Shown: positions 55,611 through 64,000 of the stretch, in pieces
How the letters are laid out: the number at the start of each line of letters is the position of its first letter
Position numbering within the stretch: the first letter of the stretch is position 1
NCBI GenBank assembly: GCA_035541475.1
Contig: DATKND010000047.1
Span: forward strand, 508-64,507
Direction of reading: 5' to 3'
DNA: 64,000 bases
Origin: Myxococcota bacterium
GTDB lineage: Bacteria; Myxococcota_A; UBA9160; SMWR01
Notes under the pieces: model-generated
What the model saw: the letters and a program-made list of their open reading frames with translations, nothing else
Database searches by the model: none
What the model was told of the DNA's origin: nothing
Program-made: the position numbers and the translations under genes

Positions 55611-56488
55611 ACTACACGCTCGTCGGCGCGTTCGTGGTCATCCTCTTCGTCGCCATCATCGCCGCGGTGCTGTGGATCGCCTCGGGCAGGACCGCCGGTA
55701 AGGAGTACGACGGCTACCTCGCGTACTTCACCGAGTCGGTGTCGGGGCTGAACCGCCAGGCGCCCGTCAAGTATCGTGGCGTCGAGGTCGGCTTCGTGCG
55801 CGAGATCGCCATCGACACCGAGGATCCGCAGCGCGTGCGCGTCGTACTCTCGATCGAGCGCGGCACTCCGATCAAGCAGGACACCGTGGCGACCCTCAGC
55901 ACGCAGGGCCTGACGGGCATCGCCTTCCTCGACCTCGAGGGCGGGTCGCGCGACTCGCCGCTGCTCGCGCCCGGCCCGGAGGGCAACCCGGTGATCGCGA
56001 CGCGCCCCTCCCTCTTCCGGCGTCTCGACACTCAGGCGACCGCGCTCGTCACGAACCTCTCGGAGACCGCGCGCAACATCAACGCGCTGATCGACGAGCC
56101 GACGCGCGCGAAGCTCCAGCGCACGATCCTCGACCTCGACACCGTGGTGCACGCGCTCGCCGTGGAGGGGAGCCGGACCCTCGAGAACAGCGCGAGGGCG
56201 AGCGACGACCTGCCGGCGCTCGTCCGCGAGATCGCGCGCAGTGCCGCGGCGGTCGAGCGTGCGGCGGACCAGACGAATCGGGCGAGCGAAGCGCTGTACG
56301 CGGCGGCGGCGGGCGCCACGAGCGGAGTGCAGCAGCTCCGCGCCGACACGCTCCCCGAACTCCAGCGCCTCGTCACCGACGCGCGCGGCGCCGCGGCCTC
56401 GATCGTTCGTCTTGCGCAGGAGCTCCAGCGGAGCCCGAACGCGCTCGTCGTGGGGCGCGAGCCCACCCCGCCCGGCCCCGGAGAATGA
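55595..56488 (+). CDS. mlaD: MlaD/MCE-domain protein
   Basis: METKVNYTLVGAFV, F.ESVSGL...APVKYRGVEVG.V, QGLTG.AFLDL, C-terminal coiled coil. Confidence 0.9.
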   Translation: METKVNYTLVGAFVVILFVAIIAAVLWIASGRTAGKEYDGYLAYFTESVSGLNRQAPVKYRGVEVGFVREIAIDTEDPQRVRVVLSIERGTPIKQDTVATLSTQGLTGIAFLDLEGGSRDSPLLAPGPEGNPVIATRPSLFRRLDTQATALVTNLSETARNINALIDEPTRAKLQRTILDLDTVVHALAVEGSRTLENSARASDDLPALVREIARSAAAVERAADQTNRASEALYAAAAGATSGVQQLRADTLPELQRLVTDARGAAASIVRLAQELQRSPNALVVGREPTPPGPGE

Positions 56489-56489
56489 G

Positions 56490-57107
56490 ATGATCGCCGC
56501 ACCACACCCGCTGGCGAAGCGCGCTCTCGTCGGGATCCTTGCCGGGGCGCTCGCGGGCTGCAGCCTGCTCCTTCCGACGCGAGCGCCGGCACCCCGACTC
56601 TTCACCTTGCAGCCGAGCTTCACGACCGTGGACGGCGCGGCAGATCCTGCTTCTCGGCGCACGATCGCGATCTCGCCGCCCTCCGCAGGTCCGGGCTTCG
56701 AGGGCCCGCGCATGGCCTACGTGACGCGCCCCTACGAGATCCAGTACTTCGCGACGCACGAGTGGGTCGAGCCGCCCGCACGCCTCCTCGCGCCGCTCCT
56801 CCGCGTCGCCCTGGCGCGGCGCGGCCGACTCCGCGTGGTGGAGGCGAACGAAGCGGAGCCGCCGGCCCTGCGTCTCGAGACCGAGATCGTTGCGCTCCAG
56901 CACGAGTTCACCGTGCGCCCGAGCCAGGTCCGGTTCGCACTCCGCGCGCGGCTCGACGACGCGAGCGGGCGCTTCGTCGCGGAGACCGAGATCGAGGCCA
57001 CGGAACAGGCGGACTCGGAGGATCCCTACGGCGGCGTCGTGGCGGCGAACCGCGCCGTCGGGCGGGTGCTCGAAGAACTCGCCGCGTGGTGCGCGGCCGC
57101 CCCCTGA
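56490..57107 (+). CDS. ABC-type transport auxiliary lipoprotein (PqiC-like)
   Basis: LAGC lipobox; RMAYV..PYEI.YFA..EWVEPPA.L. Confidence 0.85.
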   Translation: MIAAPHPLAKRALVGILAGALAGCSLLLPTRAPAPRLFTLQPSFTTVDGAADPASRRTIAISPPSAGPGFEGPRMAYVTRPYEIQYFATHEWVEPPARLLAPLLRVALARRGRLRVVEANEAEPPALRLETEIVALQHEFTVRPSQVRFALRARLDDASGRFVAETEIEATEQADSEDPYGGVVAANRAVGRVLEELAAWCAAAP

Positions 57108-57119
57108 CGCCGCTAGAGC

Positions 57120-58502
57120 TCACGAGCTTCGTCGAGCGGACCCAAACAGGAAAGCGTCACACGCGATCACGGGCCCGCGTCGCCGCGCGCACGCCCACAG
57201 CATCGCGAGCATCGCACCGAGACTCGCCACGGACGAAGGCTCGGGCAGATAACGCTGACCCTGGATGTCGTCGGTGTTCCAGACCACGACGAAGTCCCCG
57301 TTGCTGGCGACCGCCACGCTTGGAGCAAACGGGTAGCCTGACGTGTAGCTGTTGATCTGGAACTGCTCGCTCTGAGCAGAGCCGTTCGAGGCGTAGCGCC
57401 GGCCCTGGACACTGGTCGTGAGCTTCCCGAGCGGGGCGCTGTCCCATACCACGACGAAGTCCCCGTTGGCATCCGCCGCCACGGAGGGCCGCTCCTGTGT
57501 GTTCGTCGTGTCGGTGTTGACCTGGAACTGCGCGCCCTGGGCGGAGCCGTCCGAGGTGTAGCGCTGGCCCAGGATGCTGAAGGGGCCAGTGTCCGGCCCG
57601 AACGCGACGTCGCCCGTCCACACCACGACGAAGTCCCCATTGGGAGCGACCGCCACGCTCGGAGCGATCTGGTAGCCCGGCGTGTAGCTGTTGATCTGGA
57701 ACTGCGTGCCCTGAGCAGAGCCGCTCGAGGCGTAGCGCTGACCCTGGACGCTGTAGTAGCTCGTGTCCGTCCCGGACGAGCCGCGGCTCTGCCACACCAC
57801 GACGAAGTCCCCGTTGGGAGCGACCGCCGCGCTCGGAACAGACTGGTAGCCCGACGTGTAGCTGTTGATCTGGAACTGCGCGCCTTGAGCAGAGCCGTTC
57901 GAGGCGTAGCGCTGACCCTGGATGCTGGCGCCACTCGTGTCCGTCCCGGACGAGCCGAGGCTGGCCCACACCACCACGAAGTCTCCGTTCGAAGCGACCG
58001 CCGCGACGGGCTGAGCCTGAGCACCCGTCGTGTAGGTGTTGACCTGGAACTGCACCCCCTGAGCAGAGCCGTTCGAGGCGTAACGCCGGCCCTGGATGCT
58101 CCAAACGCTCGTGTCCGTCCCGGCCGAGCCGTCGCTCTCCCACACCACGACGAAGTCCCCATTGGGAGCGACCGCCACGCTCGAATTAGCCTGATGGCTC
58201 GACGTGCCGCTGTTGATCTGGAACTGCGCGCCCTGAGCAGAGCCGTTCGAGGCGTAGCGCTGACCCTGGATGCTGGACCCGGAGTACAGGTCGCTGTTCC
58301 ACACCACCACGAAGTCTCCGTTCGAAGCCGCCGCCACGCTGGCGCGGTATTGATACCCCGTCGTGTAGGTGTTGATCTGGAACTGCGTGCCCTGGGGCAC
58401 GGGAGGAGCCTGCGCAGCGGCCTCGAGCGCGGCGAAGCTCGCGCCCGAGGCCACCGTCCAGAGGCCGAACCACTTCAGCCAGGGATTCCCGCCTCGCGCC
58501 AT
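57120..58502 (-). CDS. PEP-CTERM surface protein with seven repeats of about 55-58 aa
   Basis: SD GAGGAGG, signal peptide, 7 copies of QFQ(I/V)N(T/S)YT..Q..(P)SVA..NGDFVVVW...QG(Q/R)RY, then LPEP + hydrophobic helix + RRR. Confidence 0.9.
   Translation of the reverse strand: MARGGNPWLKWFGLWTVASGASFAALEAAAQAPPVPQGTQFQINTYTTGYQYRASVAAASNGDFVVVWNSDLYSGSSIQGQRYASNGSAQGAQFQINSGTSSHQANSSVAVAPNGDFVVVWESDGSAGTDTSVWSIQGRRYASNGSAQGVQFQVNTYTTGAQAQPVAAVASNGDFVVVWASLGSSGTDTSGASIQGQRYASNGSAQGAQFQINSYTSGYQSVPSAAVAPNGDFVVVWQSRGSSGTDTSYYSVQGQRYASSGSAQGTQFQINSYTPGYQIAPSVAVAPNGDFVVVWTGDVAFGPDTGPFSILGQRYTSDGSAQGAQFQVNTDTTNTQERPSVAADANGDFVVVWDSAPLGKLTTSVQGRRYASNGSAQSEQFQINSYTSGYPFAPSVAVASNGDFVVVWNTDDIQGQRYLPEPSSVASLGAMLAMLWACARRRGPVIACDAFLFGSARRSS
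57258..58400 (-). repeat. Intragenic tandem repeat array, 7 units of about 150-174 bp
   Basis: Recurrent ACCACGA(C)GAAGTC(C/T)CC and GCAGAGCCGTTCGAGGCGTA; the four central units are 174 bp apart (58 codons). Confidence 0.9.
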
Positions 58503-58576
58503 CAGAGGCCTCCTCGCGAACGCTACGGCTTCGACTAACTACACCGCCGGAGAGCTCGGCCCCGGTGCAGGGTCGG

Positions 58577-58606
58577 ATTGTCGATTCAACTTGCCCGGCG
58601 AGTCAA
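58577..58606 (-). promoter_or_regulatory. Candidate sigma70 promoter for the PEP-CTERM gene
   Basis: Minus strand TTGACT-N18-GACAAT; shares the 11-mer TTGACTCGCCG with the candidate TonB receptor promoter. Confidence 0.3.
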
Positions 58607-58735
58607 GCACGCTCGGTGTCTCCGGTTCCGGATCGCGGCTGCGCTCGGACCAACCCGCGCAACCCGCAGCGCTCGCGCTCACGCCGTGTTGCTCCGGCGC
58701 ATAGCGACCAGGGAGACTGCTGCGCGGTAAGGAAG

Positions 58736-58750
58736 GCATCGCCGGTGCCA
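58736..58750 (-). promoter_or_regulatory. Candidate sigma54 (-24/-12) site
   Basis: Minus strand TGGCACCGGCGATGC (GG-N10-GC), about 235 nt upstream of the PEP-CTERM ATG. Confidence 0.25.
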
Positions 58751-58810
58751 TTGTGGTCGCTATCCGGGTCCGGTTGCGCGGGCCACGGGTGCGGGTCGGA
58801 AGGCTCCGGT

Positions 58811-59872
58811 TCAGCCCTTCAGCTCGGGCAGCACGCGCGTCGCGAAGAGACGGATGCTCTGCTCCGCGAGCTCGACCGGCATGCCGCCGTAGTGAGCGAT
58901 CAGAGCGAGGTCGAAGTCTCCGAGCAGCGCCTTGCGCGCGCGCAGCTTGTCGAGGATCTGCTCGGGCGTCCCCCAGGTCTGGATGCCGCAGTAGATCTTC
59001 GCCGAATTCTCGGCGCCGATCGCGCGCAGCGCCTGCGCGGCGTCGTTGTAGAGCTCGTAGCCCTTCACGCCCTCGAGGTGGTGACCGAGCAGCTCGTAGT
59101 GGTGGATGATCGAGAGGTAGTAGTTGCTCATGTACTCGAGGGCCAGGCGCTCGGCCTCGGCCGCGTTCTCGTGGCAGAACATCAGGTCGCCGGTCAGCGG
59201 GGCCGGCGCCGTGCCCTGCTGGAGCCTCGACCAGTGCGCGCGATACGCCGCCAGCGTGCCCTGTGCGAACATCTCCCACGGCTGCTGCGAGAAGACCATG
59301 AGGCGCGCGCCGAGCCGAGCCACCGCCTCGACCGACTCGGGCGAGATGCCGACCGCGAAGAGGCGATCGCGGAAGCTCCGCAGCGGGCGCGGCCGCACCT
59401 CGGTGCGGACCTGCGGGTAGTACGGGCCCGCGCCCTCGACGAAGCCCTTCTCGAGCCCGTCGACGATCATGCGCGCGGCCTCGTCGAAGCGGTCGCGCGA
59501 CGACGCCATCTCGATGCCGAAGTGGTGGTACTCGACGCGCGCGAGACCGCGGCCGAGGCCCAGCACGGCGCGCCCGCCGGAGAGGTGATCGAGGAAGGCC
59601 ATCTTCTCGACCACGCGCAGCGGGTCGTTCCACGGCACGATCACGGCGCCCGTCGCGAGCTTGAGGCGCGTCGTCTTGCCGGCCAGCCAGGAGAGGAACT
59701 GCACGTTGTCGGGGCAGGCCGAGTAGTCGGTGAAGTGGTGCTCGGGCGGCCACAGCGCGTCGTAGCCGAGCGGCTCGGCGAGCAGAGCCAGGCGCATCTG
59801 GTCGCGCACCATCTCGGCGTCGCTGCGGCGCCCCTGGTAGTTCTGGAAGATGAGAAGCAGTCCGATATCCAT
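58811..59872 (-). CDS. LLM-class flavin-dependent oxidoreductase
   Basis: AEPLGYDALW.PEHHF, LATGAVIVPWNDPLRV.E....LDHLS.GR..LGLGRG. Confidence 0.93.
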   Translation of the reverse strand: MDIGLLLIFQNYQGRRSDAEMVRDQMRLALLAEPLGYDALWPPEHHFTDYSACPDNVQFLSWLAGKTTRLKLATGAVIVPWNDPLRVVEKMAFLDHLSGGRAVLGLGRGLARVEYHHFGIEMASSRDRFDEAARMIVDGLEKGFVEGAGPYYPQVRTEVRPRPLRSFRDRLFAVGISPESVEAVARLGARLMVFSQQPWEMFAQGTLAAYRAHWSRLQQGTAPAPLTGDLMFCHENAAEAERLALEYMSNYYLSIIHHYELLGHHLEGVKGYELYNDAAQALRAIGAENSAKIYCGIQTWGTPEQILDKLRARKALLGDFDLALIAHYGGMPVELAEQSIRLFATRVLPELKG

Positions 59873-59881
59873 CTCGGTCGA

Positions 59882-59908
59882 CTCCGCTCGGCTTCGCCTC
59901 GCTGCGCG
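59882..59908 (+). repeat. REP-like intergenic element, copy 2
   Basis: CTCCGCTCGGCTTCGCCTCGCTGCGCG; matches 15534-15560. Confidence 0.5.
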
Positions 59909-59930
59909 CGGAAGCCGCTTGCTGCTTTCC

Positions 59931-60776
59931 TCAGGTCTCCGTGCCAGGCAGCGAGAGGCGCAGGTCGCCGCCGGCGCGCAGGTCGTCCTGACGCGCGCGC
60001 ATGGCCGTGTTCCACGGATCTCCCGCCGGCGGCAGCACGTAGAAGCGGCCCTCGCGCACCGCCTCGAGCGCGCGCACCGCGATCACATCCGGGTCGATGC
60101 CGGTCGCGCAGCCGGCGCGCAGCGCGCCCTCGACCAGCTCGCGCTCCGGGCTCGCGCCCCCGCTCGCGCCGCCCGGCTGGTTGCGGCGGGACTCGCCGAT
60201 GCCGGTGCGGATCATCTCGGGGCAGACGACCGAGACACCGACCGGCGCGCTGCGCGCGCGCAGCTCGAGGTGGAGCGACTCGGCGAGCGCGAGCACCGCA
60301 TGCTTGCTCATCACGTAGGGCGCGGCGAAGGGAGTCGCCGTCAGCGCGGCCATCGACGCGGTGATCAGCACGTGGCCCTCGCCCTGCGCGAGCAGGCGCG
60401 GCACGAAGGTGCGGAGCCCGTGCAGCACGCCCCACACGTTGACCGCGAAGACCCACTCGTAGTCCGAGAGCGGCGCCTCGTAGGAGAGCCCGCCCGCGAA
60501 CACGCCGGCGTTGTTGCACACGAGGTGGACCGCGCCGAAGGCGTCCTCGGCGCGCGCGGCAAGCGCCTCGAGCTCGGCGGGCCGCGAGACGTCGGTCACG
60601 ACCGCCAGCGCTTCCGCGCCCTGCTTCTCGAGCTCGCGCGCGGCCTCGGACAGCGGCGCGGCCTCGATGTCGGCGAGCACGACGCGCATGCCCGAGGCGG
60701 CGCAGCGGCGCGCGAGCGCGCGCCCGATGCCGCTGGCCGCGCCGGTGACGACGGCCGTGCGATTTCGGAGCTCCAT
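59931..60776 (-). CDS. Short-chain dehydrogenase/reductase
   Basis: VVTGAASGIG, NNAGV, TAS and catalytic YVMSK. Confidence 0.94.
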   Translation of the reverse strand: MELRNRTAVVTGAASGIGRALARRCAASGMRVVLADIEAAPLSEAARELEKQGAEALAVVTDVSRPAELEALAARAEDAFGAVHLVCNNAGVFAGGLSYEAPLSDYEWVFAVNVWGVLHGLRTFVPRLLAQGEGHVLITASMAALTATPFAAPYVMSKHAVLALAESLHLELRARSAPVGVSVVCPEMIRTGIGESRRNQPGGASGGASPERELVEGALRAGCATGIDPDVIAVRALEAVREGRFYVLPPAGDPWNTAMRARQDDLRAGGDLRLSLPGTET

Positions 60777-60819
60777 GACGCGCCTCCTCGAGAGAGAGGC
60801 GCATTGTATCAGCGCCGGC

Positions 60820-62334
60820 CTAGGTGAATCGCGGCAGATTCGCGAAGGCGATCAGCGGATCGAGCTGCGAGCCCGAGCCGAGGCCCTGGCCGGGCAGCAC
60901 GGTGTTGAAGGTGCCGGTCTGATTGTGCAGCGCGAGGTAGTTGAGCACGATCGCCTGCGCGAGCAGGTCCACCTCGTCGCTGATGCGCGTCGCCGCGGTC
61001 TCCACGTTGCCGGTGGCACGGAACCAGCCGACCTGGTTGCCGGCCGGACCGAGCGGCGGGCGGCCGTCCGGGTCGAAGACCAGCATGAACGTGGCGGCCG
61101 TCGACGAGTTGTCGCCCGCCCAGCCGAACTTGCCGCGGCCACCCGTCGAGTTGTCGATCTGGCCGTTGGCCGAGAGCGAGCCGTCGGAGAGCACGTAGAT
61201 CGCGATCGGCGTGTTGAGGCGCGCCGCGTACTCGAGCACCGCGCCGATCGACTGGCCCGCGTTGAAGTCGCGGCCCTCGCCGGTGGCGCGCGTGCCGTCG
61301 TGGTAGTCGTAGCCGCCGAGCTCGATCGTCCCGGCGCCCGCGAAGCCGTTCACCACGAGCTTCATGACGGACGCGGTCCCGCGGAACTCGTTCGTCTGCA
61401 GCTCCGCGGCCGTGAAGAGGCTGGTCGGGCTGCCCGTGATGATCGGGTCGGCGAGCGGGTTCAGCGCGTTCGGGTCCCCGAAGGTCTCGACCAGGTGCGT
61501 GGTGTCGCGGAAGGCGCACTGGATCAGCTGGGAGACCAAGGTGCTCTCGTTCATCAGCGCGACCTTCTGGTCGCTGATGTTCTGCGCGGCCATCATCACG
61601 GCAGAGGCGTCCGCCGGGTTCGGCAGGATCTGGATCAGCTTGCCCGTGTCGACGAGGCCGGTCGCGTCCGACGGTTGGTTGATCTTGGTCGGCCGCACGG
61701 TCGGGTCGATCATCGACGCCGGCGCCGCCGAGTTGCCGCCGGAGTCGGACGCCTGCGTGCCGATCAAGGTCACGAGCTGGCCGTCAGCGCCCGCCTTGTG
61801 GATCCCGTACATCGGATTGTGCGGGTTGTTGCCCGTGTCGTTGTCGGACTTCGCGCAGAAGACCGCGCCGTTGACCTTCGCGCGCGTCGTCGCGCTGCTG
61901 CGCGCGCGGATGCCGCGCAGGATCGCGCTGTCGGCGTGGAAGACGAGGCCGAGCTCGGGGTCCGCATTCGCGGGGTTGCTGACCGGAGTCATCGCGGGCG
62001 GGATCCCGAGCAGGCCGTAGCCGTCCTGTGTCAGCGGGTCGAGCTGGCCGCCCTGCTTGCCGACCATCACGTTCGAGCCCGCCGTGTTGGCGCCGCCGGC
62101 GAGGTCGAAGACGATGAACGGAATGCGCCCGGTCGGCGTGAAGCCGGCGTCGCATGCGAGCACGTCCGCGCGCGCCTCGGACGAGCGGAAGAACCCGGCG
62201 ATCGATGGGGCGATCACGATGGCGGAGCCGGTGATCAAGCCCTGCGCCAGGAACTGGCGCCGGGTGACCGGACGCGGATGGTCCAGGTGCAGGAACGGCG
62301 GGAAGCCGGGCTCGGGGTTTCTTCGCTTGCTCAT
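60820..62334 (-). CDS. Tat-exported DUF1501-like protein
   Basis: ATG at 62334; twin-arginine motif TRRQFL; FDLAGGAN, GGYDYHDG and VLSDG parallel the DUF1501 GG.., GGxDTH and SDFGR motifs. Confidence 0.7.
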   Translation of the reverse strand: MSKRRNPEPGFPPFLHLDHPRPVTRRQFLAQGLITGSAIVIAPSIAGFFRSSEARADVLACDAGFTPTGRIPFIVFDLAGGANTAGSNVMVGKQGGQLDPLTQDGYGLLGIPPAMTPVSNPANADPELGLVFHADSAILRGIRARSSATTRAKVNGAVFCAKSDNDTGNNPHNPMYGIHKAGADGQLVTLIGTQASDSGGNSAAPASMIDPTVRPTKINQPSDATGLVDTGKLIQILPNPADASAVMMAAQNISDQKVALMNESTLVSQLIQCAFRDTTHLVETFGDPNALNPLADPIITGSPTSLFTAAELQTNEFRGTASVMKLVVNGFAGAGTIELGGYDYHDGTRATGEGRDFNAGQSIGAVLEYAARLNTPIAIYVLSDGSLSANGQIDNSTGGRGKFGWAGDNSSTAATFMLVFDPDGRPPLGPAGNQVGWFRATGNVETAATRISDEVDLLAQAIVLNYLALHNQTGTFNTVLPGQGLGSGSQLDPLIAFANLPRFT

Positions 62335-62354
62335 GGCGTCCTCGTTTCGCGCTC

Positions 62355-64000
62355 CTAGTGCATCGACACCGCGGCGCTCGCGAGCACCGCCGTGCACTCG
62401 CCCTTCACGATCGCCTGCGTGCGCTCCGCGTCGCAGGGCGTGCCGAGGCACGACGCGACCAGCGTGTCGACGAGGCCCGATAGATCCGCGCGCATGTCGG
62501 TGAGCGACGGCTGGACCGTGAGGCCCGAGCCGACCATGTGGTTGTAGAGCGCGTCCGCGATCTGGTTGCGGTTCACCGTGTTCGGCGTGGCAGCCGCTCC
62601 GAACACCGCCACCGGCTCGGTGGTGAAGGGGAAGCTGCCGAAGAAGGTGGTCCGCAGCGGCGCCGATTCCACCAGGGCGTCGCAGAACTCGAGCGCCAGC
62701 TTCGAGATGCCGACCTGCTGCGACGACACGAACGAGCGCACGTCGAAGGTCGACGGCAGCTGCTGCTCGAGGTCCTGGTAGGCCGCGTCGATCGCCGGCA
62801 CCAGCGCGCTCACGCCGGTCACGGACGCCATCGACTCGCGGATGCGCGCGTAGTCGCGGACTCCGTAGGTCGGCCGCGCGGTCGGGTCGAGCTGCACGAC
62901 CGCCGGCGGCGGAACCGGCTCGGTGATCACGTTCTGGAAGCCGCCGAGGTCCTCGAAGACGATGTTGAACTCGTCCGTCGCCGGGTCCGGGCCCTTCGGG
63001 ATCACGGTGCAGCGCTGACTCAGCACCGTGCGCGTGTCGGTGATCGGCGTGTCGAGCGTGACGAAGCCCTGACCCGTCGGCGCCAGGGTGCCGTTGACCG
63101 CGATGCGCACGTGCGCGAGCTCGTAGCCGCTCGGCTGCGGCGTGTGGAAGATCGGGTTGCAGAACATGTAGCTGGCGTTGTCGAACTCCGAGACCTGGAA
63201 CTCGATCGAGCTGCCGGGCCCCGCCCAGTGGCTCACGTCGAAGTTCATCGAGATCCGCTTGCCGACGCCCGCGTTGAAGTTCTGAACGATCTGCGCGTCG
63301 GTCAGCGCGCGATCGTAGATCGCGACGAAACGCACCTGGCCCTTCCACTGGCGGTCCTGCGTGATCTCGTTGCCGAGCGCGAAGGTGAAGTTGCGGTCCC
63401 AGTTCCAGAGGCGCGGCGGCGGCGACACCGGGTCGACGTCTTCGGTCCACTTTCCGTCCACGTTGATGCGGCGGCCGCGCAGCGCGTCGTAGGTGATGAC
63501 GACGTGCTGGAGCCGGTCCTGTAGGTCCTGGTCGGCGTCGTAGGTGATCAGCGAGGGCGTGCCGTTGCCGCTGACGTCTGGCGACACGCCCCGGTTTCGG
63601 AAGTCGTACTGGTACATCACCTGGCCGAGCGTGAAGTTTCGCGCGTTGGTGTTGGCCGAGTACGTGATGATGCGCGCGGGCCCCTCGAGCGCGGTGCTCG
63701 CGTTCGTGATCCACGCCTCGACGGTGTACTGGCCGCTGCCGGTCTTCGGATCGGCGATGCGGTCGTAGAGCTTCCGGTTGCCGGACATGCCCTGCACGAT
63801 GCCCGTGTCGATCTGGACGCCCCACGCGGTGAGCCAGGTCACCCCGCCCTGCAGCGCGAGGTCGATCGAAGGCTGCACGCCGCTCGTGTCGAAGGCGACG
63901 GCGCCCGCGCCCTCCTTGAAGTCCCAGCGCGCGATGATGTCCGTGTCGTAGCGCTGCACGCTCGTGTCCTCGGTGCCGTCCGCGAGGCGCAGGCTCGTGC
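62355..64000 (-). CDS. LamG-like jellyroll domain protein (5' end outside the window)
   Basis: ARWDFKEGAG..AFDTSG, YTVEAW, RIITYS, HVVITYD, WKGQVRFVAIYDRALT..QI.QNF, followed by a helical C-terminal domain. The frame stays open to the window edge. Confidence 0.85.
   Translation of the reverse strand, partial: TSLRLADGTEDTSVQRYDTDIIARWDFKEGAGAVAFDTSGVQPSIDLALQGGVTWLTAWGVQIDTGIVQGMSGNRKLYDRIADPKTGSGQYTVEAWITNASTALEGPARIITYSANTNARNFTLGQVMYQYDFRNRGVSPDVSGNGTPSLITYDADQDLQDRLQHVVITYDALRGRRINVDGKWTEDVDPVSPPPRLWNWDRNFTFALGNEITQDRQWKGQVRFVAIYDRALTDAQIVQNFNAGVGKRISMNFDVSHWAGPGSSIEFQVSEFDNASYMFCNPIFHTPQPSGYELAHVRIAVNGTLAPTGQGFVTLDTPITDTRTVLSQRCTVIPKGPDPATDEFNIVFEDLGGFQNVITEPVPPPAVVQLDPTARPTYGVRDYARIRESMASVTGVSALVPAIDAAYQDLEQQLPSTFDVRSFVSSQQVGISKLALEFCDALVESAPLRTTFFGSFPFTTEPVAVFGAAATPNTVNRNQIADALYNHMVGSGLTVQPSLTDMRADLSGLVDTLVASCLGTPCDAERTQAIVKGECTAVLASAAVSMH

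Noticed and set aside
57157-58162. Repetitive ORFs in the other two minus-strand frames (328 and 331 aa)
   Set aside because: Frame shadows of the repeat protein; only 57120..58502 has an SD, signal peptide and sorting signal.
57258-58400. Regular DNA repeats as a CRISPR array
   Set aside because: Units are in-frame coding repeats of about 174 bp with similarity throughout; there are no unique spacers and no cas genes.
60820-63825. 1001-aa ORF as a single protein
   Set aside because: The 5' half overlaps the LamG gene in another frame and is Arg/Ala-rich noise; the real protein starts at ATG 62334 with a Tat signal.

Overview
High-GC (most genes visibly >70% GC) chromosomal segment of a diderm bacterium (TonB receptor, MCE/Mla system, PEP-CTERM protein); a Myxococcota-like origin is an inference. 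Left to right: sulfatase tail; TonB-dependent receptor with a divergent beta-barrel gene; membrane, lipoprotein and spermidine-synthase-fusion genes; a secreted amidohydrolase; a divergent five-gene acyl-CoA module built around a 102-aa Cys-containing protein; hemB; a frameshifted GT-C-type glycosyltransferase flanked by integron core-site-like motifs; an accessory island (about 22.7-32.4 kb) with a phage-like XRE switch, GIY-YIG-like gene, groES-groEL, WS/DGAT, two convergent sigma-region-2-like paralogs and about six gene remnants (including IstB); a hopanoid operon (dxs-hpnD-idi2-tetR-hpnC-hpnE-shc-hpnH, HpnH carrying an extra C-terminal domain); an LMF1-like gene; cupin and ADH; a YbhGFSR-like efflux operon; an MlaEFD plus lipoprotein operon; a 7-repeat PEP-CTERM protein; LLM and SDR oxidoreductases; and a Tat-exported DUF1501-like protein paired with a LamG protein that runs off the right end. 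No rRNA, tRNA, CRISPR array or intact transposase/integrase was recognised. All family calls come from motif recognition by eye; no database search was run.
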